Part shown: positions 1-9,112 of the stretch, in pieces
Position numbering within the stretch: position 1 is the stretch's first letter
Layout: every line of letters begins with the position of its first letter
Assembly (NCBI GenBank): GCA_964510275.1
Contig: CAZEBE010000001.1
Coordinates: 1 to 32,167 of the forward strand
Source: an uncultured Gammaproteobacteria bacterium
GTDB lineage: Bacteria > Patescibacteriota > Patescibacteriia > Patescibacteriales > UBA12465
Reading direction: 5' to 3'
Length of the DNA: 32,167 bases
Made by a program: the position numbers and the translations under genes
Notes under the pieces: generated by a model
Database searches by the model: none
Told to the model about the DNA's origin: nothing
What the model saw: only the letters and a program-made list of their open reading frames with translations

Positions 1-310
1 AATAACAAATTGGACATTTCATAGTTATATATCATTACTTAAAGACTTAAAATTCGTCAATAGGTAAAATAACAATATTTAGTGGCTGTATTTTAATCCA
101 TTACACCACATCTTGTGTGTACCCTTATTGTAAACTAATAGTTAAAAAAAGGGAATAGTCGTATTTTCAGGAAAAAATAAGAATATTTTCATTGCCTGGT
201 CGGCTGTGGATAAATGGTGGGGAATTTAAAAAACAATAACCATGCGGTTAAAAAAACACAAAGAAAATATTAACCAATTTTTACTAGGCTAAAAAAATTT
301 ACAAAAAAAT

Positions 311-346
311 TTAAAACAAAAAAAATAAGACCCCTTAAGGTCTTAT
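311..346 (-). terminator. Rho-independent terminator after ftsZ
   Basis: Perfect 8-bp inverted repeat ATAAGACC (325-332) / GGTCTTAT (339-346) with a 6-nt loop, about 25 nt past the ftsZ stop. On the minus strand the hairpin is followed by TTTTTTTGTTTT (complement of 313-324). Confidence 0.6.
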
Positions 347-371
347 CTTTAAAAGAGTTAATCAGCAAAAA

Positions 372-1577
372 TTACATCATTTTCTTCCGAATAAAGGCTG
401 GCACACTTAAATCATCTTCCTCATTACTATTTACCATTGGTTGCTCCATTTTCTTTTCAATTATTGGTTTAATTGGGGTGTTTTTAAAAACTGATAATTT
501 TGTTTTTGTTTTATCAGCCCAAGAAGAATTAATTGGAGAAGCTTCTCGTTCGTTTTCTTCAATAAAAGAATTTGAAGTATAAGTTGTTTTAATTGGTTCA
601 ATCTTATTAACACTATTACTTCCCTTACCGTCAAAACCAGTGGCCACCACGGTAATTTTAATTTCGTCTTTAAGATTTTCATCAATAACAGCACCAAAAA
701 TAATTTTAGCTTCTTCGTCAGCGGCCGCGGTAATAACCTTAGCGGCTTCACTAACTTCACTCATTGATAAATCAACACCACCGGTAATTGTAAAGACGAT
801 CCCTCTTGCTCCGTCAATTGACATATCAAGTAAGCTAGAGTTAATAGCAGCCTTAGCTGCATCAATCGCTTTGTTTTCACCAGTTGCTTGACCAATACCC
901 ATTAAAGCAGAACCAGCGTTAGACATTACCGCTTTTACATCAGCAAAGTCGGCATTGATAATACCAGGAACCGTAATAATTTCGGCAATTCCCTGAACAC
1001 CTTGACGAAGCACGTCGTCAGCAATATTAAAAGCTTCGAGTAATGAAGTTTTCTTATCAATTACTTGAAGTAATTTATCATTGGAAATAGTAATAATAGT
1101 ATCTACTTTATCAGCTAACTCAGCGAAGGCTCTGTCAGCAATGTTCTTGCGTTGACCACCTTCAAAAGCAAACGGTTTGGTAACCACTGCCACTGTTAAA
1201 GCTCCAAGTTCGCGAGAAATCTTAGCAACTATTGGAGAAGCACCAGAACCAGTACCGCCACCCATACCACAAGTAATAAAGACCATGTCGCAACCCTTTA
1301 AGGCTTCACGAATTTCATTTTCTGATTCTTCGGCCGCTGCCTTTCCAAGTTCTGGATTCATTCCTGCCCCAAGTCCACGAGTAACTGTTTTACCAATGTG
1401 AATTTTTTCGCCAGCCTTGTTATAATGTAAAGCCTGAATATCAGTATTTACAGCCACAAATTCAACACCTTTAATACCACCATCAACCATACGGTTAATT
1501 GCACTACCTCCGCCACCACCAACGCCAACAACTTTTATTTTAGCGAAAGTTTCAATTTCTGGTTTTATTTCTGCCAT
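372..1577 (-). CDS. ftsZ: Cell division protein FtsZ
   Basis: 401-aa ORF with tubulin/FtsZ signatures GVGGGGGSAINRM and GMGGGTGSGASP. It has the conserved C-terminal FtsA-binding peptide DDLSVPAFIRKK and lies directly downstream of ftsA. Confidence 0.97.
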   Translation of the reverse strand: MAEIKPEIETFAKIKVVGVGGGGGSAINRMVDGGIKGVEFVAVNTDIQALHYNKAGEKIHIGKTVTRGLGAGMNPELGKAAAEESENEIREALKGCDMVFITCGMGGGTGSGASPIVAKISRELGALTVAVVTKPFAFEGGQRKNIADRAFAELADKVDTIITISNDKLLQVIDKKTSLLEAFNIADDVLRQGVQGIAEIITVPGIINADFADVKAVMSNAGSALMGIGQATGENKAIDAAKAAINSSLLDMSIDGARGIVFTITGGVDLSMSEVSEAAKVITAAADEEAKIIFGAVIDENLKDEIKITVVATGFDGKGSNSVNKIEPIKTTYTSNSFIEENEREASPINSSWADKTKTKLSVFKNTPIKPIIEKKMEQPMVNSNEEDDLSVPAFIRKKMM

Positions 1578-1637
1578 ATAACTATTTATAGATAGGAAAT
1601 AAAAATAATTCCGGCTCTATATTCTAAATATAATTTA

Positions 1638-2897
1638 TTATTTTGGAATGATGTGTTGAAAGAAATTTTTAGCTTTACCAAAAACACCTTCTAAATTTTT
1701 ACGAATGTTATTGTTACCACGAACTTCTGAACTATTATGATTACCCCAAATAACCAAGCCTAGAGATGTTAAAAATTCTGGGGTTTTAACTTTATCAATT
1801 ACTACATTAACGTTACGAGAAACACCCATGCAAGCTGGCAATCTTAGTTTTTTCTTAGCCAGGTCGACTAAACCATTTAACTCTGCACCGCTACCAACAA
1901 AAACGATACCAGCAGGAAGCATTCCTGACCTATCAACTTTTTTAAACTCGGCGTCTATTTTTTCTAAAATTTCCTCCACTCGAGCTTCAATAATTTCTGC
2001 TACGTAATGTTTAGAGACGGTTTCAATATCATCATTTACATCTTCTTCTTTAACTAACTCCGTAACATCAACCTCCTCTTCGCGATCGATTACATCAGGA
2101 TTACAACTGCCAAATTCTCTTTTTATCCTTTCTGCTAATTTAATCGGGCAACGAAGGCCAATGGCAATATCAGCGGTTATATGTTCAGAACCAATTGGTA
2201 AAATAGCGGTGTGTAACAAATTTCTTTCTTCATAAATAGCTACTGAAGTGGTAGAAGAACCGATATTAATTAAAGCAACACCTAATTCTTTTTGTTTAGG
2301 AGTGAGCACCGATTCAGCAGCAGCAAGCGGCGCTAAAACCAAGTCTTCAATTTCAAGTCCCGTACGATAAATAGCTTTGGTTAAATTTTTGATTTGAGTA
2401 GATAGTCCTTGAATAATTAGAGTTTCGACTTCTAAACGAATTCCAGACATTCCGATTGGATCTTTAATATCAGTTTGATTATCAACGGCAAATTTAACAG
2501 GAATAACATGTAAAATTTCGTAATTAACTGGAACAGCAAGTGCCCGAGCGGCTTCAATAGCACGATTAACATCCGCTTCATTTATCTCTCCATCACTCTT
2601 AGAAACAGCCACCACGCCTTTACTGCGTTCACATTTTACATGAGGATCATTAATGCTTACCCAAACGTTAGTAATTGGTACACCAATTAAACGTTCGGCC
2701 TTTTCAAGACAAGCGGAAATAGAAGAAGTGGTTTCTTCAATACTGCTTACCACGCCTTTATTAACCCCAGCGGTTGGCGAAGAAACGGCGCCGATAATCT
2801 GTAACTCTTCCCCAGAAGGAGTTTCTATTTTTTGACCAATCACCAATCTAATAGCGGTTGAGCCAACGTCTAAACCAGCGATAATTTCATCTCTCAT
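1638..2897 (-). CDS. ftsA: Cell division protein FtsA (actin-like ATPase)
   Basis: 419-aa ORF with actin-fold phosphate/adenosine motifs GLDVGSTAIRLVIG, LINIGSSTTSVAIY and VFVGSGAELNGL. It ends in a C-terminal amphipathic helix (LEGVFGKAKNFFQHIIPK) and shows the canonical ftsA-ftsZ order. Confidence 0.93.
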   Translation of the reverse strand: MRDEIIAGLDVGSTAIRLVIGQKIETPSGEELQIIGAVSSPTAGVNKGVVSSIEETTSSISACLEKAERLIGVPITNVWVSINDPHVKCERSKGVVAVSKSDGEINEADVNRAIEAARALAVPVNYEILHVIPVKFAVDNQTDIKDPIGMSGIRLEVETLIIQGLSTQIKNLTKAIYRTGLEIEDLVLAPLAAAESVLTPKQKELGVALINIGSSTTSVAIYEERNLLHTAILPIGSEHITADIAIGLRCPIKLAERIKREFGSCNPDVIDREEEVDVTELVKEEDVNDDIETVSKHYVAEIIEARVEEILEKIDAEFKKVDRSGMLPAGIVFVGSGAELNGLVDLAKKKLRLPACMGVSRNVNVVIDKVKTPEFLTSLGLVIWGNHNSSEVRGNNNIRKNLEGVFGKAKNFFQHIIPK

Positions 2898-2988
2898 AAA
2901 TAATTATAGATAAGTCTTTTAGGCAACATCAAAAAACTAATTTTAACAATCTCTGCCAAGCCAAAAAGAGCTTTACTTGTTCAAATTT

Positions 2989-3017
2989 ATTATACTAGAT
3001 TTTGATTTTTTTAACAA
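2989..3017 (-). promoter_or_regulatory. Candidate sigma70-type promoter for ftsA-ftsZ
   Basis: On the minus strand: TTGTTA (3017-3012), a 17-nt spacer, then TATAAT (2994-2989), inside the 126-nt pilD-ftsA gap. A second TATAAT (2908-2903) lies 5 nt before the ftsA ATG. In an AT-rich genome such matches can be fortuitous. Confidence 0.3.
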
Positions 3018-3023
3018 CCAATT

Positions 3024-3809
3024 TTATAAAGAAAAAAGATTTAAATACCAACCGGCAATTTCTTGTCCAAAGAATAATGAGATTATTCCGCCAAGAGCTA
3101 AAAACACCCCTAAAGGTAACTTACTACCCCATTTTTTATTACCCATTAAAAGCAGCCCCAAACTAACAATGGCGCCAATAAAATAAGCACTTAAAATGGC
3201 CACTGATAACTCTAAAACGTTAGTAAAAATTGCTCCCAAAAAAGCTCCCAACCAAATATCTCCTTCACCCAAGCCTTTGCCCTTGGTTATAAGATATTGT
3301 GCCCCAAAGAAAACGACTGATAGAGCTATTGTAACCACCAAAGAAAACAGATAATAACCAAAAATAAATAAATTAGAGATGACTCCTAAAATAACAATTA
3401 CAGATCCGCCCCATAAAAGAGTTGAAACCGGGATGAGATACCAGCGGAAATCAAAGATAAAAACTAAAACTAAAATTGAAATTATAATAAAACTCTTAAT
3501 CAGGATTAATGGCGATGGACCAAAAAATAAAAAAGCCACATAAAAAAACAGTCCCGTTATAAGTTCAACTAGTGGATATTGCCAAGAAATCTTTTCAGAA
3601 CAAGATCGGCACTTACCTTTTAAAATTAAAAAACTAAGAAGTGGAATGTTGTCATACCATTTAATTTTGTTTAAACATTTGGGGCAATAGGAACGTCCTA
3701 AAATGGTTTCTTCTTTGTATAGTCGCCAAGCTAAACAATTTATAAAACTACCAATTAACATCCCAAAAATCAAAAAAATAACTGGGCCAAAAAATAAATA
3801 ATCGTTCAT
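3024..3809 (-). CDS. pilD: Prepilin (type IV pilin leader) peptidase, A24 family
   Basis: 261-aa polytopic membrane ORF. It has the N-terminal four-Cys motif CPKC...CRSC of the A24 N-terminal domain and two aspartyl-protease motifs (FIFDFRWYLIP and GLGEGDIWLG, i.e. GxGD). Confidence 0.9.
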   Translation of the reverse strand: MNDYLFFGPVIFLIFGMLIGSFINCLAWRLYKEETILGRSYCPKCLNKIKWYDNIPLLSFLILKGKCRSCSEKISWQYPLVELITGLFFYVAFLFFGPSPLILIKSFIIISILVLVFIFDFRWYLIPVSTLLWGGSVIVILGVISNLFIFGYYLFSLVVTIALSVVFFGAQYLITKGKGLGEGDIWLGAFLGAIFTNVLELSVAILSAYFIGAIVSLGLLLMGNKKWGSKLPLGVFLALGGIISLFFGQEIAGWYLNLFSL

Positions 3810-3813
3810 ATAA

Positions 3814-5763
3814 TTATTTTAATAATAATTCTGTTTTAGTTAAGCGTAAGTTAACTTGCTCTTTATAAAAATTTAATCTCTTTTTTTGATCAGCATTTAT
3901 GTATTTATTATTTGAATCTGGCAATAAACGACTAGCCCGCTCAAACTTTACCAGCGCTTCCTTGTAATTATGGGTAAACATCAAAGAGTCCCCCCAGGCT
4001 AAATAAATTTTAGGTAGTTCCGGACTTAATAAGGCTAACTCATTAAATAATTGGTTGGCACGCTGATTATCAGACATTCCCAAAATAAAAGCTTTAATAA
4101 ATTTATTTTCAAAATTAGTGTCGGTTATTCTTTTTTCTGTTTCCAATAAATACTGCGAGATAACAAAAATTGCCGAGCGACTAGAAATTATTGGTAACTT
4201 TTCTAAAAGATGCAAAGAAATGCCCTGATCATAATAAGTTAAAAATATTTCATTGGGCTGAGTTTCTTTAATATAATCCTTAAAAACCAAAGCGGTAAAA
4301 TACTGAGAATTATTTATCTCTACCAACGCTTTATTATAATAATAATCCGCCTCTATTTTTTTTAATTCTACCCAAGAGCCATAAAAAAATAAAATCGCCG
4401 TACCAATTATTAAAATAATTCTTCCTAAATCAAAATTTCTTTTTTCATTTTTTACCAAAAATATTTCCTGCCCGCTGATTACAAAAGTCAAAGCAACGAT
4501 AAACCAAAAATAAATATTAGTTATTGTAACTGAAAAATTAAACAACAAAGAACTTAAATAAGCTGCCAAGGATAACCCCAAAAAAGATGGAAAATCCCCA
4601 TATTTCCTATCTTTAAGAGCTTTAGTTAAATTATTAAAAATCCAATAAAAGAAATAAACAAAAAAAACAAAACCAATAAGACCACTGGTTAACAAAATAT
4701 CTAAGATTAAATTATGGGCACGATCGCTATAAGTATTTGGTCGAGCATAAAGTGCAAAATCAGTTTTATAATAACCAACATAAGCCTCCTTTTGATTTTC
4801 TAAACCATAACCCAGCCAAGGTTTTTTTAAAAAAGCTTGCCAACCAGTTTGATAAAGATTTAGACGAACGGCTAAACTTCCTTTTTTTATATCGGTAAAT
4901 TCGGCTAAGCGAGTTTGATTACTATGAGTTAAAAAAGCTAAAAAGCCAATCAAAACAACAAGAATCACCCCACTAATTAACAAAATCTTTTTAACAGATA
5001 GTAGTCTTTTTTTATTTAAAAACCAAACTAACCACCCCATTAAAACAGCTAAAAAAATAAAAAAAGTCGCCCGACTTCCAGTTAAAATTAAGGTTATAAA
5101 TTGAAAAACAAACACCACTAACCAACAATAGGCTGCCCTTTTTTTAGACGCCCAGACTAGATAAAGACTTAGTGGCAAAACTAAGACAAGCCAACAAGCT
5201 AAGTAATTAGGCTGTCCAAAAGAAGAAACAACGCGACCCGTAAGTGTTGCTGGCTCCGACCAGGAAACAAAATCAAAGCCTAAGATTTGGAAAATGGCAT
5301 AAATAGATACTAACAGACCAGATAAGGAGCTAATTTTTATAAAACTATTTATCTTTAAAGTTTTTTTCTCGGCCGGATAACTGCCTAAATGAATAATAAG
5401 TAAAAACGCCCACAAACCATAAAAAAGCCAAGAAACCAGACCCTCTTCACGATCGTAAGAACCGAACCAGGAAGTAGCAATATCAACCGAAAAAAATAGA
5501 GAGAAGATTAAAAAAACAAATAACAACACCAGTGGAAGTAATCTTCTCCAACTATTTTTAACTACTAACAACCTTAAACCAACCAAACGCCAAACAACAG
5601 CAAACAGCAACAGTAGAGTAAAGACTTTGAAAATAACTATTTTACTTAAATCAATACTAATTGGATAAAAATAATTAAAAAACAAAGGGGTTATTCCTAA
5701 AACGATAAAAATTGCCAAATCAGCCAGCCAATTAGCATCTAAGTTTAAAATATTTTTTTTCAT
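3814..5763 (-). CDS. Wzy_C (O-antigen ligase / PglL-like) polytopic membrane protein with C-terminal TPR-like domain
   Basis: I moved the start to the Met at 5763 (MKKNILNL, 649 aa), because the longer ORF runs through a terminator hairpin and a -10 box. There are about 10 or more hydrophobic helices. The Wzy_C-type loop is present (LTGSRATFFIF ... YSDRAHNLILDILLTSGLIGF). The C-terminal part is soluble helical repeats (YYYNKALVEIN..., IYLAWGDSLMFTHNYKEALVKFERASRLLP). The stop is 4 nt from the pilD start. Confidence 0.8.
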   Translation of the reverse strand: MKKNILNLDANWLADLAIFIVLGITPLFFNYFYPISIDLSKIVIFKVFTLLLLFAVVWRLVGLRLLVVKNSWRRLLPLVLLFVFLIFSLFFSVDIATSWFGSYDREEGLVSWLFYGLWAFLLIIHLGSYPAEKKTLKINSFIKISSLSGLLVSIYAIFQILGFDFVSWSEPATLTGRVVSSFGQPNYLACWLVLVLPLSLYLVWASKKRAAYCWLVVFVFQFITLILTGSRATFFIFLAVLMGWLVWFLNKKRLLSVKKILLISGVILVVLIGFLAFLTHSNQTRLAEFTDIKKGSLAVRLNLYQTGWQAFLKKPWLGYGLENQKEAYVGYYKTDFALYARPNTYSDRAHNLILDILLTSGLIGFVFFVYFFYWIFNNLTKALKDRKYGDFPSFLGLSLAAYLSSLLFNFSVTITNIYFWFIVALTFVISGQEIFLVKNEKRNFDLGRIILIIGTAILFFYGSWVELKKIEADYYYNKALVEINNSQYFTALVFKDYIKETQPNEIFLTYYDQGISLHLLEKLPIISSRSAIFVISQYLLETEKRITDTNFENKFIKAFILGMSDNQRANQLFNELALLSPELPKIYLAWGDSLMFTHNYKEALVKFERASRLLPDSNNKYINADQKKRLNFYKEQVNLRLTKTELLLK

Positions 5764-5769
5764 ATTAGA

Positions 5770-5778
5770 ATTATACCA
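5770..5778 (-). promoter_or_regulatory. Extended -10 element (TGGTATAAT) 6 nt upstream of the Wzy_C-like start codon
   Basis: The minus strand reads TGGTATAAT-TCTAAT-ATG, which matches TGnTATAAT perfectly. The spacing places the predicted transcription start at or next to the ATG, giving a leaderless or near-leaderless mRNA. Confidence 0.4.
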
Positions 5779-5785
5779 CAGATTA

Positions 5786-5816
5786 AAAAGGACTCCCATT
5801 AACCGGAAGTCCTTTT
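5786..5816 (-). terminator. Rho-independent terminator after secF
   Basis: 9-bp perfect stem AAAAGGACT (5786-5794) / AGTCCTTTT (5808-5816) with a 13-nt loop. It begins about 20 nt after the secF stop (5836), and on the minus strand the 3' arm runs into a T tract. Confidence 0.55.
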
Positions 5817-5835
5817 ATAATCAACTTAAAAAGTG

Positions 5836-6741
5836 TTATTTTCTTTTTTGCCACTCCTGGAAATAAACCAATAAAGGACTGGCCATAAATAAAGAAGAAT
5901 AGGCTCCGCAGAAAACACCAATCATCAGAGCTAAAACGAAATCGCGAATTGAAGCGCCGCCAAATACTAATACTGCTAGCAGGGATAGCAATACTGTTAA
6001 AGTGGTGTTGATAGAACGCACAAAAGTCTGATTTAAACTATGATTAACAGTGTCAGCAAAAGAAGAATTGCTTTTTGGTAAGTTCTCACGAGTTCTATCA
6101 AAAACAATAATGGTATCATGCACACTATAACCCAAAACTGTAAGCAAGGCGACAACAAACGGAGTATTAACTTCAACGCCGTAAAAATGACCCAAAATAG
6201 CAAAGACACCAGAAGTAATAACAATGTCATGAACCAAGGCAATAATAGCAATGGTACCGTATTTCCAAGAAGCAACCGGCTTTGAAACCTTATTAAAGGC
6301 TAAAGAGATATAAAGAATAATAATTAGTAGCACTAGAAACATAACTGAAAAAGATTTGCTTCTAAGTTCTGCTCCAACTGAAGTTCCAATTGATTCAAAA
6401 CGAATTTCTGTTAGACCAGTCTTTGCTTTTTCCATTTTACTTAACGCCTCAATAACTGCTAAATGTTTTTCTTGTGAGGTTTCTTGAAAACGTAGAATAA
6501 CAGAATCACTGCCAGTTGGTTGAATGACCAAACTACTAACCCCTGCCCCGCTTAAACTATTTTGCACCTCAGTTACTGTTGGTTGTCCGCCAGCCATTTT
6601 TACTTCCAGTAAACTACCGCCAGTAAAATCTAATCCGGCTTTTAAGCCCCAAATTGCTAGAGCAGCCACAGAGACTATCACCATCGCAGCGGAGATTATT
6701 AGCCAAAGTTTTTTAAATCTAATAATGTGATAATTAACCAT
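5836..6741 (-). CDS. secF: Protein translocase subunit SecF
   Basis: 301 aa with the GLDFTGGSLLEV motif, six hydrophobic helices and the SecD/F signature LGYSVHDTIIVFDRTRENL. It lies 23 nt downstream of secD. Confidence 0.93.
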   Translation of the reverse strand: MVNYHIIRFKKLWLIISAAMVIVSVAALAIWGLKAGLDFTGGSLLEVKMAGGQPTVTEVQNSLSGAGVSSLVIQPTGSDSVILRFQETSQEKHLAVIEALSKMEKAKTGLTEIRFESIGTSVGAELRSKSFSVMFLVLLIIILYISLAFNKVSKPVASWKYGTIAIIALVHDIVITSGVFAILGHFYGVEVNTPFVVALLTVLGYSVHDTIIVFDRTRENLPKSNSSFADTVNHSLNQTFVRSINTTLTVLLSLLAVLVFGGASIRDFVLALMIGVFCGAYSSLFMASPLLVYFQEWQKRK

Positions 6742-6764
6742 AAAGTTATAATAAAAATTGACCC

Positions 6765-8303
6765 TTATTTATTAATCTTTTTAACACCTAACCACCAAGG
6801 ATGATGAGATAAAAATTTACCAACAAAAACCCTCATCAAACTACTAGTAATAACAATGCTGCTCAACATAGAAATAGCGACCCCTAAGAATAAAGTAGCC
6901 CCAAAACCCTTAACCAATCCGGTGCCAAAACTCATTAAAACGAAACAGGCTAAAATAGTAGTAGTATTACCATCACGAATTGATGGCCAAGCACGTTTGA
7001 AACCTTCATCAAGAGCAATATCAAGTGGCTTACCAGCATTAAGCTCTTCTTTCATACGTTCAAAAATCAAGATATTAGCATCAACTGCCATACCGATTGA
7101 TAAAATGAAACCAGTGATACCCGCTAAAGTTAAAGTAACTGAAGTGTGAGCATAATAACCCAAGAAGATAAACACTACCAAGAACATACCAGCCGATAAA
7201 ATACCGTCAAAAATTTTAAGTTCCCTAAAGACTGAAACAAATAAAGCAAATAATGATAATAAGAATACCCAAGTCATCCACCAAGGCATAATCTTAAATA
7301 TTGCCAAAACGGCGGTTACATAAATAGCTAAACAAATAACAGAAATAAGACCAGGAAGACGGTAATAGAGAATCATAAACAAAGCAACTAATAAGAAGCC
7401 AACTAAACCAGCTTTAAAACTATTATCAATAGACTGCTGACCTAAACTAGCCTCAACCGTTTGTTGACCGACTAAAGTAATCGGCACTGGAAGAGCACCA
7501 GTATTAAGTCTCTGAACTAATAATTTAGCTTCGGTAACGGTAAATCTTCCAGAAATAACCGCTTTACCATCAGGAATTCTTTCGTTAACTGTTGGAGCGC
7601 TAATAGTATAACCATCAAGCACAATGGCCACTGGCTTATTAACGTTGCGTTCTGTAATATCGGCAAACATTTTAGCACCTTTTTCATCAAAATTTAGAGC
7701 TACTTGAGGCGTACCATCATTAGGATCAAAACTTAAAGTAGCTGTTTTTAAATTTTTACCAGTAAGTTCAGTATTAACCCAAGATTGTTCAATTGTAGCC
7801 GTAGTTGAAGTTCCGGAAACAGGGACAACGTTGTTAGTTGTCTCTTTAAATTCTAATAATGGAGTTTCGCCAATCATCTTAATCGCCTCATTAACATTCT
7901 TAACACCGGCGAGTTCAACGATAACACGATAATCACCACTCATACTGCGATTAACTTGAATTACCGGTTCGGCCACACCAGTAGAATTAACACGGCGTTC
8001 AATAACATCACGAACGCCTTCAAGTGAAGAGGTTCTGTCGGCTTCGGGAATATTTTTTACATCAGCCTCATAAGTAAGCTGAGTTCCTCCCTGTAAATCT
8101 AACCCTAAAACAAAAGGGATTTCTTTAGCTTGTGGCAAAACTACAATACTGTTAGTTTTATTAGCTACGTAGTTAACAAACCGATTGTAATAATTGCCAG
8201 CACTTCCCAAGAAAGAAATGAAAGCAAAAATCACGATGAGTAAAATTGTGATTCTTAAATGAGCCTTTTTTGAAGAAAATAAGCTCTTTGACTGATTTTT
8301 CAT
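6765..8303 (-). CDS. secD: Protein translocase subunit SecD
   Basis: 512 aa with an N-terminal TM helix and a large extracytoplasmic loop carrying VLGLDLQGGTQLTYEA. The C-terminal 5-TM bundle carries LSIGMAVDANILIFERMKEEL. Confidence 0.93.
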   Translation of the reverse strand: MKNQSKSLFSSKKAHLRITILLIVIFAFISFLGSAGNYYNRFVNYVANKTNSIVVLPQAKEIPFVLGLDLQGGTQLTYEADVKNIPEADRTSSLEGVRDVIERRVNSTGVAEPVIQVNRSMSGDYRVIVELAGVKNVNEAIKMIGETPLLEFKETTNNVVPVSGTSTTATIEQSWVNTELTGKNLKTATLSFDPNDGTPQVALNFDEKGAKMFADITERNVNKPVAIVLDGYTISAPTVNERIPDGKAVISGRFTVTEAKLLVQRLNTGALPVPITLVGQQTVEASLGQQSIDNSFKAGLVGFLLVALFMILYYRLPGLISVICLAIYVTAVLAIFKIMPWWMTWVFLLSLFALFVSVFRELKIFDGILSAGMFLVVFIFLGYYAHTSVTLTLAGITGFILSIGMAVDANILIFERMKEELNAGKPLDIALDEGFKRAWPSIRDGNTTTILACFVLMSFGTGLVKGFGATLFLGVAISMLSSIVITSSLMRVFVGKFLSHHPWWLGVKKINK

Positions 8304-8414
8304 ATAGATTTTTAGATTAAAAAGCGAAACGAAAGAATTACGACGTTTTGCTTTTAAAGCTTAGAATAATCTTTATAAAAAATCAATGGTCTAAAAGTAA
8401 AAATTGTTAACATC

Positions 8415-8443
8415 TGGACAAATTTGCCGCTTTTAACTATAAT
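8415..8443 (+). promoter_or_regulatory. Candidate sigma70-type promoter for clpP
   Basis: TGGACA (8415-8420), a 17-nt spacer, then TATAAT (8438-8443), 30 nt upstream of the clpP ATG in the 169-nt divergent secD/clpP gap. Confidence 0.5.
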
Positions 8444-8472
8444 TAAGCCAATAACTCATTAAATATTAAAAT

Positions 8473-9054
8473 ATGCCACTAATACCAACCGTAATTGAAA
8501 AGGAAGGACAAATGGAGCGAGCTTATGACATCTACTCTCGCCTTTTAAAGGACCGCATTATCTTTTTAGGTGAAGCAATTGATGATCATGTTGCTAATAT
8601 TATTATTGCTCAGTTACTATTCTTAGATGCCGAAGATAAAACTAAAGATATTAAATTTTATATTAATTCCCCAGGAGGATCAGTCAGTGCTGGTCTAGCA
8701 ATTTATGACACTATGCAATATATTAAAGCTGATGTATCTACAATTTGTGTAGGCATGGCCGCCTCAATGGCTTCGGTTTTATTATCAGCCGGCGCTAAAG
8801 GAAAAAGAATGGCACTACCAAATAGCGAAGTAATGATTCATCAAGTAATGGGAGGGGCCGAAGGACAAGCTTCAGATATCAAGATTCAAGCGGAACACAT
8901 TTTACAAACTAAAAAGAAGCTAAACAAAATTTTAGCCTTACACACCGGTCAGAAAGCAGAAAAAATTGAAACCGATAGCGATCGCGATAACTGGATGCTG
9001 GCCGAAGATGCTAAAAAATATGGTTTAATTGATATCGTTTTAAAGAATCAATAG
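8473..9054 (+). CDS. clpP: ATP-dependent Clp protease proteolytic subunit
   Basis: 193 aa with [20 protein letters not shown]. Catalytic triad contexts are GMAASMAS (Ser), VMIHQ (His) and SDRDNWM (Asp). Confidence 0.97.
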   Translation: MPLIPTVIEKEGQMERAYDIYSRLLKDRIIFLGEAIDDHVANIIIAQLLFLDAEDKTKDIKFYINSPGGSVSAGLAIYDTMQYIKADVSTICVGMAASMASVLLSAGAKGKRMALPNSEVMIHQVMGGAEGQASDIKIQAEHILQTKKKLNKILALHTGQKAEKIETDSDRDNWMLAEDAKKYGLIDIVLKNQ

Positions 9055-9060
9055 AAACTA

Positions 9061-9100
9061 AAAAAGACTTACTAAATTTTTTACTAGTAAGTCTTTTTTT
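9061..9100. terminator. Bidirectional rho-independent terminator (clpP / surface operon)
   Basis: Perfect 14-bp stem AAAAAGACTTACTA (9061-9074) / TAGTAAGTCTTTTT (9085-9098) with a 10-nt loop. A and T runs sit on both sides, between the convergent clpP (stop 9054) and the 336-aa gene (stop 9113). Confidence 0.75.
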
Positions 9101-9112
9101 AATTAAGGGATC

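Noticed and set aside
1-310. A 310-nt stretch with no track ORF at the window edge, inspected for tRNA, small RNA or small ORFs
   Set aside because: I found no cloverleaf-compatible ends, no conserved T-loop (GGTTCGAATCC-like), no strong hairpins and no convincing ORF. It is very A/T-rich and may simply be the terminator/promoter zone of a gene beyond the window. It cannot be assigned from sequence alone.
461-1401. Three track ORFs inside ftsZ (461..760 -, 640..891 +, 1177..1401 +)
   Set aside because: They are wholly nested in, or antisense to, a gene with unambiguous FtsZ signatures. Their translations are low-complexity (L/K-rich or A/S/P-rich), typical of out-of-frame reading.
2653-3186. 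ORFs 2653..2835 (+) and 2977..3186 (+)
   Set aside because: They are antisense shadows of ftsA and of the pilD 3' end. They have no motifs, and the second starts in the ftsA promoter gap and runs against pilD.
5764-5799. Longer Wzy_C-like ORF starting at 5799
   Set aside because: The extra 12 codons run through the secF terminator hairpin and the TGGTATAAT box. MKKNILNL at 5763 is a typical membrane-protein start.
6033-7149. ORFs 6033..6275 (-), 6524..6730 (+), 6856..7149 (+)
   Set aside because: They are alternative-frame or antisense ORFs inside secF and secD, both of which have clear family motifs.
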